DNA of 62,636 nucleotides, the filler included, from Rhabdomonas costata (Eukaryota), in assembly GCA_019059605.1 (NCBI GenBank). It is 18 parts of 18 records of this genome, joined end to end, with 100 filler letters (N's around TTAATTAATTAA, not from the genome) between each part and the next. Parts side by side here need not be neighbours in the genome. Positions count along the whole stretch, not along the records: positions 20,921 to 24,304 come from JAHMHO010000916.1; positions 24,405 to 27,788 come from JAHMHO010000917.1; positions 27,889 to 31,269 come from JAHMHO010000918.1; positions 31,370 to 34,749 come from JAHMHO010000919.1; 14 more parts are not named here. One strand, given 5' to 3'. A program made the translations under genes and the position numbers. Each line of letters opens with the position of its first letter. Within the stretch, counting starts at the first letter, position 1. The notes below the pieces were generated by a model, which did not search any database, was not told where the DNA came from, and worked only from the letters and a program-made list of their open reading frames with translations. Below, in pieces: positions 20,958 to 34,219 of this stretch.

Positions 20958-23900
20958 GTGGACGAGTTTAAGGAGAAGAACAAGCGCGAGCCAACAGACG
21001 AGGAGCGTCATCGGCTGCGCCAGACGGTGCTGCAGAACGTGCGCGGCACTGTGCAGGTGCTGCGTCCCACCTCACACGTGACCATGGGTCAGAGCGCTCC
21101 CAATGTGAAGATGAATCATGACTATCGAAACTACTAACCTTCTAACGTTTCAGATGAGAGAGAGGGAGAGGGAGAGAGCTCCGTCGCCTTTGCTGGCGTG
21201 TCTCTGGCCCTACGGTGCAGCTCTGCACATGGAGCCTTGCCGTGGGAGAGCTGAACAAGGGAGGACCGCAGTGGAGCTTCGCTGTCGAGCCGAGTGCTCG
21301 GCCGCCTACAATGAGTAGGTGGATATAGACTTACCTTCCCTATCCGACAGCCTGCGCGTCCCCTGGCGCCCTTCCGTTGACCGGAGGAGCTGGATGGGTA
21401 CAGAGCAACTAGGGGAGGGGGCTCTTTTTTGTCTTTACTGGGCTTCACGGTGCTTTGTTGTTTTCCTGTCAGGCGGATATTCTCAAGGAGGACCAAGGCC
21501 AGAACACGTGCATCTTCTCCACCGACTTCGCGCTGAAGATGATGGGAGACATCCAGGCACATTCTATCCGTCCCCTGTCATTCCTTCTTGCTATGCGTCG
21601 GGTTTGGTATTTTACCTATCGACCATCCCCTTCCTGCTCTTTTTTTGGAGGTGGGGGGGCGTCGTGTCCCCCCTAATCGTTTGTCAAACGACATTTTCTT
21701 TTTCACTCTCTTCCACGTTTGTGATGTTTGACGGATTGTTTCGACTTTTCCAGGAATGGTTTATCAAGAACAAGGTCCAGAACTTCTACTCGGTGTCCAT
21801 CTCTGGGTACCACATTGCCGAGGTGTCTTCCATCACGCTCGCCCCGCTCGCCCGCTCGCCCCTTTGTGCACTGTGGGAGCCCCGTACAGTGAAGCTATCG
21901 CTGCCATGAGTCAGTAAGAGATCTGCTTTCGATGTGACATTTTCTTCGGGGGTTCTTTTTGCTTTTTGGTTTTATCTTTTGGTTCCAGTGTTGGCTGCAA
22001 ACCAAGCAAGGATGAGAGGCACATGCCACTTCAGATATGATGAATTTCTCAGGAATGCGAATTTTGACGGCTTGCCTCCATACCGCAAATAGAGCCCAGA
22101 GTAAAAGGCAGCTGGGAGCAGAAGAGAAGCGCGAGCCATCAGATGTCACATTCGGTCGCATTCGTCCTCAAATTTTAGCAAAAAGTGGGAGCCGGAGTGG
22201 TGCGGGGGGTGGGTGCAGGCTGGTGCCAACCCGATCAGCCAGCTGGCGTTCACGCTGGCCAACGGGTTCACCTACGTCGAGGCTTACCTGGCGCGTGGGA
22301 TGAAGATCGACGACTTTGCGCCCAACCTGAGCTTCTTCTTCAGCAGCGGCATGGACCCGGAGTACGCCGTGATGGGCCGCGTGGCGCGCCGGATCTGGGC
22401 GGTGGCCATGCGGGACTTGTATGTCTCCTTTCCCTCATCCTTGATGACATGTCATCCTTTCAGACCTGCAATATGCGCCAAAAAATATGTGGGGGTGTCA
22501 CGCAGTACCGGAGCCGGAAGCGCGGCGGCAGGTTTAGCCTCGGGCTGAGGGTTCCCAGCCACAGAGAGTGTGTTTATTTGTGCTAGGTACGGTGCCAGCC
22601 CTCGGTCACAGGTGCTGAAGTACCATCTGCAGACCTCGGGGCGCTCCCTGCACGCTCAGGAGTTCAACTTCAACGACATCCGCACCACTTTGCAGGCACC
22701 GCCCCCCCTCCCTTTCGCTCCTCATTTACCTATCCTGTCTCTTCTGGAGCAGTGGCCCCAATTCACCACGTGAGTAGCGAACGCTTATTAATGAATGGCG
22801 ATGTGGTGCAAAGGGACCTTTTTATATATAGAAAAAGTAAGTGTTGAATGAGTCGAAAGTGTTTGTATACTATGGTAGAATCTCGCTTCGCGCTCCCTCC
22901 TTGCTCCGTATATTTCTCCTCCCTTCCGTCTGTCGCGTTGAGATTCTGTTTTGAGGAGTGTGCGATTCTGCGTGTGTTGGTTCGGGGAGTGGGGGCTATC
23001 TGATGGCCAAATATTGAATAATAAGATAGCTGTGACACTTAGCTGTGGATCTTAGCTGAGATGTGAGGATCCGCTCCGGAGTCTCTGAGAGATGCCACCC
23101 ATATGTCGAAGTGGAAGTCGATGGTTGAAAAACGGAGATCTACCCGAACGCAAGGTCCCCACCATTTGGCTGCCACCGCTAAGACGTTCAAAACAGATGC
23201 TGTCTTATGGAGCACTCTCTGCCATTCTCTGTCGCTCAGTCGTTTATTCCCACTTCCCTCCAAAAAGCCCCCGCCCCCACTCAGACTGTCCTGCCTTATA
23301 TTTGTGTGTGGGCACGTTCAGGCGCTGATTGGGCTGTACCAGAACTGTAACAGCCTGCACACCAACTCCTACGACGAGGCCATCACCACCCCGACGCAGG
23401 AGTCCGTCCGCCGCGCACTGGCCATCCAGCTGATCATCAACAAGGAGTGGGGGCTGTCGATGAACCAGAACCCTAACCAGGTGTCCCCCCCCCCTCACTC
23501 CTCCCCGATTTTCTTTGTTTCAGTTACCAAAGGAGGGGAACCTCCTCGTGGCGAAAATTGAATTTTGAGACACACACACACAACCTAAGGATAGCTTCGG
23601 CAGCCCTTGCTAGCGGGTCGCCATCTGTGCCCTTCGAACCCCCCTATCCTTGCCTGACAGGGCTCGCACGTGATTGAGGAGCTGACGGACCTGGTGGAGG
23701 AGGCTGTGCTGCGGGAGTTCGAGGCGATCAGCGAGCGCGGCGGAGTGCTAGGGGCGATGGAGCGTGGCTACCAGCGCGGGCGGATCCAGGACGAATCCCT
23801 GTACTACGAGCGCAAGAAGCAGGACGGTGTGTATTTGTTCTTTCTTGAAGTCGTGGGAAAGTTTAGAATTTGGTGCCATTCTTCGTCCACTTGCTTCACC

Positions 23901-24304
23901 AGCTTCACCAAAATCAATCTACTTGCGCTGCGGTGCCCGTGTGGGTGGGCACTGGGTGTGGTTTTGTGGTTACCACGCTCTCCTGAGCAGGTGGCCTGGA
24001 ACTGAGAAGACCTGCTTACCTCGCAGATTTCACTTTGCGGGTCTACCTCCTTGGAATTGCTGAATGCCGTTCCATCCACCGCATCCATTTCTTTCAGCCA
24101 CCATCGACCAGTACCCCCTAGCCAGTGCGATTCGGGCTGGGAAAACCTTGGATGCACCAAACAAGCTATTCTTTTTGCCATCGCCTATTTGATTCTGATC
24201 AACTACCAAGATATGCTCTCAAACCCTGATGAACCTGCGCTGCAGGCTCGCTGCCGATCATTGGAGTGAACACCTTCCTGGGCAGCAGCAGCCTCCCCAC
24301 CACA
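20958..24304 (+). CDS. icmF: IcmF-type adenosylcobalamin-dependent acyl-CoA (isobutyryl-CoA) mutase, C-terminal substrate-binding domain, 8 exons, partial
   Basis: Exons 20958-21056, 21473-21556, 21754-21822, 22219-22418, 22587-22695, 23322-23480, 23661-23826 and 24246 onward splice in frame. They read [23 protein letters not shown]...[41 protein letters not shown]...[11 protein letters not shown]...[15 protein letters not shown]...[12 protein letters not shown]. These are IcmF-type rather than mitochondrial methylmalonyl-CoA mutase (MCM) motifs. Confidence 0.9.
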
Positions 24305-25416
24305 NNNNNNNNNNNNNNNNNNNNNNNNNNNNNNNNNNNNNNNNNNNNTTAATTAATTAANNNNNNNNNNNNNNNNNNNNNNNNNNNNNNNNNNNNNNNN
24401 NNNNGGTTGTTGGGAAGGATAAGCGGTGTTGTGTACTTGGAATGACAAGGTGACAGCAGTTTGCATTTTTTTCCGGGGATATCACTCTCCGCGACTCGGA
24501 GTCTTGAATGTGCGCTACGAATTGGCGACTATTTTTCAGAATTGAAAAAATCCTTGTCGTCGTGGCAATGCCTCACATTTTTGTAGTGCATTCAATTGTT
24601 GTGACATGCTCTGTATGGTGCCTGTATTGTCCAAGAGTTCCCATATCGTTTGGCTTCGTGGGTGATGTTCGCTCCGGAGACTGGTGCATCTGTGCATGGA
24701 AGGCAACCCCGCCGCTGCAGCACAAGTCACCCCGCGTTTGTGACTCTTTCTGGATTGATGGAAATAAGGACGGGTTGAGTGAATGCATTGGTGGATGTCG
24801 GGATGGAAGGCCCGCCCATTGTGGGAAACTGCTGAGGCGTCCCTCTATTGTTTCCTCGGTTTTGCTGGACAGTAGCAGTGGTAGCGGCAGTCTTGTCTTC
24901 AGGACCCCGTTTTTTGTGCAACGCTTAGAATCTCACCCACTGGGGCTGAGGCCGAAGCGCCTCGCGTGTTCTTTGTGACTGTTCAAATGAGTTGTTAGGT
25001 CCCCAGTGAGGTTGGTACTTTTGGGTGCTCTTTTTTCTCTGGTATGTCGCTTCTTTCCTCCGCAAGAACCTTGACTGATTACGAGGCAGGATCCCAAATC
25101 GGACATTATCGCAGTTATTGCTCCATCGATCTATCGGAAGCATTGTACAACCGGTCCCTCAGTACTCGCACAGCCAGCAAAAACTGTGCATACTCACGGG
25201 CGGCTTACGTTCAGACTATTCGTCTAGTTGAAGAGATCATGGTGGATCTGCGCACATTTCATATCTCCTGACCTTGAATGCCTGGCTCGCCCAGAGTCTT
25301 CCACTGTCAGTCTCGCCTGCCTCTTGTGCGAGGGGTCCGTTACCTTCGTGCACTTTTGCTGGGGCTTTCTTGCTGTCTTCTTCCGGTGGCGTCCCTGTTG
25401 GGGTAAACCCGAGCAA

Positions 25417-26918
25417 ATGTTGGCCGCTGTGCGCCACCGCGCTGCCCTCCACCTTTGGCTGGGGAAAGTCCTACGGCACAGCAGCGGCAAGAGCGGCGGC
25501 GGGTGCTGTCACTCCAGCCCCGCGCCCACGGATGTCCCGGCGCCACCCGCTGCGCTGCAGCTTAGAGCCGAGGTCCTTGGTGCTTGCGTTGCCCTTGCCC
25601 GTGTCCACCGAACATACTCCGGTGTTCCCCTCAACAAATCGGCGTCTCTGGACACTCGTCCCTTTGGGCATTGACTGTCACGCCTCCCCCCCCCCTAAAC
25701 AAAAAGAGTGAGGGCGGCGGGAGCGCTTTAGCATTGGCACCAAGCGCTGTGGGACTGAAGATTACTGCCGCCGACAAATGGGTGGAGACGGGATTTGACA
25801 GCGTTGGCAACCTTTGCACCCTTGCATCCCAATCCCCTACCTTGATTAGGGGGTTAGATGGATGGTTGGTTGTCGTGGGTCATTGCGCGCGTTATTAGGT
25901 TAGTTTAAAAAAAAAGGTTGTAAAAGGCTGTGGGCTTCTTGCTGCCTGTGTGCCTACCCCCCCCCCCTCTTGCCAAGGCCATGGTGCGGCACCAAGTCTT
26001 CCGGGGGTTCAAGTGTGGCCACCGCGGGGTCCAGGCCAGGCTGTCCGCCCAGCGCCCCTCAACAGAGCTGCTGAGCACGGTGAGGGTGTTCTACAACGGG
26101 GCCCATCTCACCCCGGCACAGCTGCCCCGCCTGCTCACCGATGTCCCTTTCATCGCCAACGGTGTGTGTGTGCGCGCGAGCGCGCATGTTATCTGAGCGC
26201 ATACTGCTCCCATTCGCGCAATTTGCTTTGCGGTTAGAAACTCTCCACTCTCCTCCTCCAAAGAGCAGCAGTCACCGTAATGGGCCTTTATGTTTCAACG
26301 GGTCACCATTCCCGCCCGAAGTGTAAGCCCCCGGCTTGAATCATCATGTCCCAGTAACTTCCGCTGCACCTGTACCACCCCACTATATCATTCCATTCCA
26401 GCTCGGCTCCATTGCTTGTGCAATATCCCCGACCTTCTGCTCCTCCACAGCTGGGTACGATGCGGGGTGGCGGAATCTTTGCAAACCTACGCATTGCACT
26501 TCTAGCCTCGCAGGTGACTGTATGCCCAGCCCATTGCCTGCCTTCCTATCAGCCCAACTATGCTCCTCAACCAATGGCGTGGGGTCACATGAGGCTCAAA
26601 ATGCCGAGTTCGCTGGTGTCGCTTCCTTTAGATTCGGACCGCTTTGTGGTATCCCAGCGGGGGGTCCCCGTGAGTGACGGCCCCGCAGATCCTGCCATGG
26701 TGAGCCTCCTCAGCCCCGAGGAGCGAAAGCTGGCCCGCCACAAGGCCGTGGCCTCGGTGTGCTCCGTGTTTGCTGTTGGGGGTTACCCCATGGGCACACC
26801 GCTGCGAGATCTCCGCACCCCCGCCGAGGTGGTGGTGGTCTCGGCGTGCCCCCCGCAGTTTGGGGTGCCCAGCCTGGAGTTCGGGGAGATGCTCGCGGAC
26901 AGTGGGGCGCAGAAGGAA
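25417..26918 (+). CDS. Hypothetical protein, spliced, possible transit peptide
   Basis: Candidate exons at about 25417-25572 (MLAAVRHRAALHLWLGKVLRHSS...), 25978-26161 and 26631-26918. They have GT/AG borders and GC-rich third codon positions. No family was recognised. Confidence 0.45.
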
Positions 26919-28439
26919 GGTGCGGGAGTCGTAGTGGGTGGCGGGTGAATATTTCTTTGGTGGGTTCCTCTTTGAGATTTGCGTCAGATGAGTTGATTCT
27001 GCATTTAGTGGGGATTGGGTTGGTCAGTATGCGATTGTGCGTGTGCCGCCTCTAATTCCACCTCTAATTCTCCAAAACCGACATGCCGACCTGTGTCCGA
27101 TGTTGGGGTGCGGGTGCAACTCGGACGTGGGGTGGCTCTGACTCCGCAGTACTGGCGCATCCCTGGCATAGTGGCTCTCTAGCCAATCCTGGAGGATGCA
27201 ATCTCAGGGTCCTGTTTGACGTTCGCCTTCAGGTTGTGGCGCCGCTGCTCCCACAAGCGAAGCCCTCACTCCGATTGGGCTTGGCCTTGTTTTGAAAAGA
27301 GAAACCTACTTCTGGTGTGCCCATGATATCATCGCCATCCTCTCTTTTAAAGAGGCATTCGGACCCTAAGCGAATGTAGGGGGCTTCATCGAAACTGCGG
27401 CGAGGAATTATAACCACTCTTTTCGGCTCAAACCTTCACCCTATTGCTGAATGACCTCAACTTTTGGGGGTCCGATCCTGAGTTGAGGAAACATCCCAAA
27501 GTTGCACCCGTAAACACATGAGTTGGATGCGGTGCCTTTGTTGTGAGGTTCTTGGGGGTGGAGCCACTTTTCTCTGTGCAAATTCTGAAATGATGGTCCT
27601 GGTTTGGACAGCACATCTTGCTGGAGGCTTCCACAAACGAATGTACTGTGGTATTTTTCCTGTGGGGGCGCATTGAGCAAGTTTGGAACCGTGGAGATCT
27701 CTGTTGCTGCAGTGACGTGATGTTTGCTGTAGAAAAATGGAGTCACATGGAGTTATATGGAGTGGGCTTATATTTTTGAACCAAAAACNNNNNNNNNNNN
27801 NNNNNNNNNNNNNNNNNNNNNNNNNNNNNNNNTTAATTAATTAANNNNNNNNNNNNNNNNNNNNNNNNNNNNNNNNNNNNNNNNNNNNGAATGCGTTTAC
27901 TGACTGTTATGTTCGTTTCAAAATTTTCTAAGGGCGAGGGCTGGCAGAATACAGCGGAACAACCACCAGTAGAGTAGAAGAGAATGCGCAGCAGTGATGA
28001 TGGTAATGACAAAATGCCCTCATTAACCCTGGGGAATCCATATTCGGCAGCTGCATTACACCTTCTTCAGTCAGCATTTGCGGGTTCGTGCGTAGATACC
28101 GAAGAGGGAAGGTTGGGCAGAGAGAGCCCTGCTGTCGGGGTGGACGGGGAATCCTCCAGCGTCTGCTGGGGGCGCCTTGGCGGGCTTCGGGAGGTCATCG
28201 CGGTCCACGTGGAGTGACGCCGCAGGGCGTGCCGTCCCGTGGACGGCGCGGAGGAGAAGCTTCCAAATCCCGGAGAGAGCTCCTCTGCAGCGAGGAGATG
28301 TTTGAGGGCTGACCGTGTTGTTAAGGGCCTTCAAAGGGCATTTGAAACGACCGCTGATGCTTAGAAGAGTTTAAAGTTAGGGTAGGTGTCAGAATGGTGT
28401 CCCTCGGGGACAGTACACAGGGAAGACAACAACTCAAAC

Positions 28440-29137
28440 GCGGATGTGCTGTGACAATAATTCACTGGGCCCAATCAAGGCAATGACAATCCTCTATCAG
28501 CCATCAAAGCCAGTGTCCGCACGCATGGCTACAGAACGGAGAACTATGTGGGAACCATCCAAATATGCTAGCAACCTTGCGGACAACCGAAAAATTTTGT
28601 TCAGCATTCACACACATTCTTAGAACTCTGCATGTTCTTCTGGGGAGCCTTGACAAAAACAAAGCGTAGACCTCCTCCCACTTTTTCAACCGAAACGTCT
28701 TGCACGACTAGGAAGCAGCTCACTGGCTTCAAACAGCTTCCTTCCGAATCCTTCGGTGTCCTTCCCAAGAACCTCTACTGAGCTCAAGGTCATCGCACAT
28801 CTACCGCACACCTACACAACAGAGCCCCATCATAATCATACGCGGTGAATGCCCTAATTTTGGTTACTACAGCACAGCCGACCCGGTGCTGTGAAGAAAG
28901 AGCACGCTCGGATATCCGAAGTCGAGCTAAGACGAATAGAGACCTGAAATGGTCTCTCATGATCAGAATTGACTTTTTATTGAAACCAGGTGATAACCTG
29001 CCAGGAATACACTGCTCGGAGTTTTCTCGAGGCTCTCTCTTTGGGAACTTTGGTTTTTTATAGTGGCAGCCCGATATCTTGGCTTGTTTCCTGATCCATT
29101 CCCACTCGTTCTTGTATTCGAGCTTCGGTTCAGCCAA
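28440..29137 (-). mobile_element. Degenerate tyrosine recombinase (DIRS/Ngaro/VIPER- or Crypton-like) relic
   Basis: In order across stops and frameshifts: EYKNEWEW, RDHFRSLFVLARLRISE (box I Arg), GKDTEGFGRE (K-x-D region), LKKWEEVYALFLSR, VVRKVASIFGWFPHS / LRSVA (H-x-x-R). Confidence 0.55.
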
Positions 29138-32100
29138 AGGACGCGCTGCGGCATGCTATGGAGCCCCGGTTTCCGGGGCGCCTTGCTTTGGCACCCCGTC
29201 TCAGCCCGGTTTCCCGCAACAAATTCCTGCAGTTGAATTTGTTGTGTCGAACCCCCCCACCACCACACTTTTTTCGAATAAGAACTGGTTTCCTATTATC
29301 CACATTTATCAAACGTTTTGTGGTCACAGTAATAGTAGTGCGAGAATGATCAAGAGAGTAGAAGTTGTAAACGGGGTCGGCCTTTTTCATAGACAAAATA
29401 TTGTGAAGGATCTCTTTGCAGCCTCACCCTTACTACTCTTTGTTTTTTGTGCGTCCCCGCAGGTTCTCAGTGAGTGAGCTCTGCAAGCGTCTCCCGTAAC
29501 ACTTATTTGGGCATCCCCTGTTTGGTATTTGCCGTTTGAACATGCGAGGTTTCACTGAACAGTGGTGACGCTGTGCCGTGTATTGTTTTTGTTTTCAAAA
29601 AATATTGTGAAGAAAAAACTTGGATGTCTTTGTTAAAACTTGTAAAAAAAAGTTGTGAGAAGCTGGCTGCAGTATATACACTCACACGGATTATTTTCAA
29701 TCCCAATGATTCCTCCAGCGCAACTGCACTTCCGTATCTCAGCCACCTCAAACTGCCACCAGCCCCTTTCCCTCCTTATTTTCTTGCCGCGATTGGGGTG
29801 GGTGGGTAGTCGCTTTGCAGGCGCGGGACACGAGTTCCACTGCTGCGCACGGAAGCACTGGGCCTGAGTCGGAGCTATTTTTCCCAGGAGAGTATCCCCA
29901 ACCCAGGGCGATCTGCCGCAAGCGGGCCTTGGCCTTGGCCACATAAGAGCTCAGCAATAACGGGTTTTGATTGTTCGTGTCTGGTTATATGGCATCAGTC
30001 AGTGAGTCAACATCTGCGGGTGCCTTCGGGACCACCCCACCCGTGACTTGCTGATATTTCTGACTTTTTGCTCCTGCCGTGTGTTTCTGTGGAAGGTAAG
30101 GCCTGTGATGTTGTGGACGCTTTCGTGGAGAGCCTGCTGTAACCAGCGACTGTACAAGCATAAAGCCGCAACCAAGAACGGCCAGAAGTCCTTTTTTTCT
30201 CGCAAACAAAGCCCAGCAGTATTCCGATACTGAGAGGTTTGTGTTTCGAACAGAATTCTTTCAGCCGACAGCAAAGCCGCTTGACCTTCCCGGCGGTCTG
30301 TGGTGCCGTGGTGAGAATTCTCAGTGTAGCCTGACAGTTCGCATTGCTTCCAACCTTTTCCACGTAATCGGGCCCTGAGGTGGTTGACAGTTCCTGTGTC
30401 CGATGATCACAAGGGCGCGCAGATGCGTGGGGACTCAGCAACTGGGAAGGAGGGAGGTGTCTTAAAGAAGTCCAAAAAATGGGGAGCAAGCAAACGGTCG
30501 GCAACTATATAACTTAGAGAGAGTAAGGCAAGGGTTCCCTTCTTTGGGTCCGAGCTCGCAGTGTTTAAGGATCGTTTTGTTGGCAGTGCGTACAGTTTCA
30601 CTGACTAGCTTCAAGGTTTGAAGTGACCACAACCACCCTTACAGCGCACCCCGTCGAGACGCCCTGGCTGAGAGGGACGGCTTCCCCCAAAAACTATAAT
30701 AAAAAATAATCTATGCACGCAGTTCATAATTATAGAATTTTTTTTGATGCATTCCAGGTGCTGGAGATCTAAAATCGATGTAAATGGTAGGCGTTCATAA
30801 CAGACGTACCAGTTTTACTATGGATTTAAGTTTCATTGCCAGATGAGACGAGAATGTTGGGAGCAGGAGGGAAAAAATTGGGTGGCGCGGCAAAGCCTGT
30901 TTTTCTTGTTTGCTACGTATGTTACACAAGTGCTTTGCTGTTTTTTCTTTTGATAAGTTTGCCGCTGAAGTTGGTCCAATTTTTGTTTACCGGTTCTTAA
31001 AAAAGCTTTTTATTTAATTTTGACCATGTTTTTGAGAATTACCATTACTTGTGGGGTCAAAAGTGCTTTCAACCACATTCCTTTTGTTTCAGCTGTGCGG
31101 CCAGCAATACGGTTCTGCTTCCTTGTCGGTCCACCAGCCGCAAGTGTGCCTCTTTGCTGTTACGGTTTGCTGCATGAATCCCACACCAGTGACGGTCTGA
31201 ACATTCTCTCTCTTTTTGCAGTGCTATCAAAAGAAACTGACAGATTGGCGAAATGGAGACCCCCAACACNNNNNNNNNNNNNNNNNNNNNNNNNNNNNNN
31301 NNNNNNNNNNNNNTTAATTAATTAANNNNNNNNNNNNNNNNNNNNNNNNNNNNNNNNNNNNNNNNNNNNTGTGTTGGGTATTGCTGGGAAATCATTTGAC
31401 AAGCAAACACCGCGAGGAAGGGGGGGGGGCGCGTTGGGTATATAACCGCTGGTCGAAAATCCCCGGTTTCGGCTGCTTCGGCCGGAAACCAGAGGAAAGG
31501 CAATGAAACTGAAGACATGATCTTTAACTTGTGTTCCGGTCTTCCGCAGAAAACTTGCATGGGAGCTAGGGAGCGATGCCCGTATCTATCTATCTATCTC
31601 ATAGAAACTTTGGCAGAAGGTTAGGTGGCGATGTGGGCATGTGTTTTCGATATTGTTCAAGACGTCTCGGGCAGGACAAGTGCTGTGATGAGATAATGGT
31701 GTCCAGTAGCGGGTTTCAGTCGAGGGTATGACACCGATCCGCACGAGCGCCGCATTCCTTAGAATCCCCATCTACTCCCCTGGAGATCCCCGGGAGGGAA
31801 CATTTCCTATGTCTCGGTAACCAGCACTGCAAATATTAATTACCACCGCCCCCCCTCTCAACTAGAGTTGGACTAACGAGCAATGTTTTTGCTCGAAAGC
31901 TGTGAACCACAAACCTGGCACCACAGGTGCATTCAAAGCGCGCATTACAACAACAGATGGACCAAGCAATGAAACTAAATCTCTGTGGAAAAATATCCAG
32001 TATTTCGGACAGCTCTGCCGGCCTTCATTTCAGTGCGTTCCGCACCCCCCTCCCCGCATATCATGCACACCACCCTTCAGCTTCAGCCTGCTCCTTTTGC

Positions 32101-32150
32101 AAGCGGGTGGGTGGGTGGATGGGAGTAGGGGGTAGAGTTGAGCATCTTAC

Positions 32151-34219
32151 CAGGTCTTCACCGATGTTGTACACGGTGACCTTCTTCGGAGATTCTGGCT
32201 CCACCAACTGCGCAGCAAAAGCGATGCGCGTGAATGGCGGGAGAGTATGAGTACAACAAATTGCACGAGTTGCCTACGCAGAAGAGCTCCGAACAGGGAA
32301 ATGCCCAACACCGCAGGAGCTGAGTATCGTGGGCAAATTTTTTATTTTGAGATTTCGCAGAGGCGGGGGTGAGGGAGCAAACCAAAATCCATCCCCATCC
32401 AAGCCAAGCCGAGCCAAGCGAAGAACAAAACAACCGTAATCCAATCCAGTGCAACAGCCCCAGAACTGTAAGGCGAAACACACAGGCAAACACACACACC
32501 TTTCGTGCAGATCCCGTGGAGGCTCCCAGCGACGCACGCCGAGAGCTTGAGCCGCTGTTCGCCGCCGCCAGCTGTTGGGAGAGCTGCTCCACCCGTTCCT
32601 TCAGTCGCACCCGCTCCGACTGCGCAGTGTAACACGAGACTTACACAGAGAAAGAGAGCGGGAAATGTTGAAAAGCGGAGTTGCGGGAGAATTCGGGGGG
32701 GGGGTGACAGCTCAACAGATGGCAGAGTGGCAGCAGGTATCCCCATCCTCCCGATATCCCCCATCCACAAACGCACACTCAACGCACACTTCAAGGGGCA
32801 CTCATCAAAATTCTTAAAGTTAAGTCCTTGTGCATCACACCCCTTCCCCCCCAAATACAAAACCAAAGCTCAGTCCCTGGAAAGAAAGTATTGCAAGCGC
32901 CTTCGTCCACCACATGGCACACCTCGAGCTCCTCGTAGGCCTCCTGGCGCTCATACATCCCATCCAGCAGGGACTGAATCTGGAAGGTTTGGCTGCGGAG
33001 CTGAAAGGTCGTCCCCGTCCCACAAAAACTCACATCACCAACTACCGTCCGCATAGCCCCCATCCATCCACGCCACATCCGTGCAAAAGAAGTTGGGAAT
33101 GCAGCAAAGCAAAAAGTCGAAACAACCTCGCTCTACAACCACCCACTGACCCAGGCATACCGTGCCCTTCATGGCCTCCACCATCTCCGTGGAAGCGGGG
33201 TCAGCCCCAGAGTCGGCAATCCGTATGGCCTTCCGCTTGGGCTTCTTTCCGTCCGTGACGTGCTCCGCCTGCACATTGCCAGACCAGGGAGGGGGGCGTC
33301 CTGGCACCAACGGTGTTATTTCACATAAGGGTCACGTGGGGACAGAGAACACTGGGACAGAAGGTTTAACATGGTTTGGGAGGCAATCGAGATTTGCACA
33401 GCATGATGGTGAATACAAAGTTCCCCGCTGGCGACTCGGCCGCTGAAAAGAAGGGCTGCTGTCCGCCCCTTCCCCACAGCCACTTTTCCCCTTCCGCGAA
33501 GCACACCGAAGCATCGAACATGCTCCCGGTGGCATCGAGAGGCTCTACGTTCATGATGACCACGCTGTCCGTTTGCACCTACACAAGCCCCCCAATACCT
33601 CACACACATCCCGTCACATCATACACAGCCCTTGATAATAAATGGTTTTTTGGAGGGGGGGGACTCGAGATCCTGTAACCTACTCTAAATTCCTTGTTTG
33701 CACTGGCACAAACTCACCCGCACACCCCAACACGTCACACCCCAACCCATGCACACCCGCAAGACTTGCACGCGCAACGTTAACAAAATTAACATAGGAT
33801 GGGCATTGAACCCTCACAAGGATGGTTTTTCTGGGGAACCCCCCCCCCACACGCACAGCCTCCAAATAACCATTCCCTGCATTCGGTAGGTGAAGCCCAG
33901 CAAAAGTTACCGGTACCCGGGGGTGGGGCTTTACACAGCACGACGCCGATATACATATACGGTATGGGACACCAGAAACAACCTTGAAAGACTGCGCACA
34001 GCATACGCAGGGATGCGCAAACATAACCTGATACCTGAATTCAGTTGCAGCGAGGCAGCAAGGCCACCCAGTAAATCACATAAACTAAAAAACTGCACAT
34101 ACACAGCCAACACAGCAACAGGCACCCCTCACCTCGATGGTGCGCATCTCAATCGGCCCCAGCGGGGGCTGCTTCAGGGACTTCATCGACTGCGAGACGA
34201 AGATCTTCGTTTTCCGCCT
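32151..34219 (-). CDS. Hypothetical coiled-coil protein, six short internal exons
   Basis: Phase-0 GT-AG exons read RRKTKIFVSQSMKSLKQPPLGPIEMRTIE | VQTDSVVIMNVEPLDATGSMFDAS | AEHVTDGKKPKRKAIR...AMKGT | IQSLLDGMYERQEAYEELE | SERVRLKERVEQLSQQLAAA...ARK | LVEPESPKKVTVYNIGEDL. Confidence 0.6.

Noticed and set aside
17100-23066. Shared 16-mer cttagctgagatgtga at 17100-17115 and 23051-23066 on different contigs
   Set aside because: The flanks do not extend the match. It may mark a dispersed repeat but is too short to define one.
20958-24304. IcmF-like and FkbM genes as bacterial contamination
   Set aside because: Both are split by spliceosomal introns of the same style as those in SF3B2 and Arp3.
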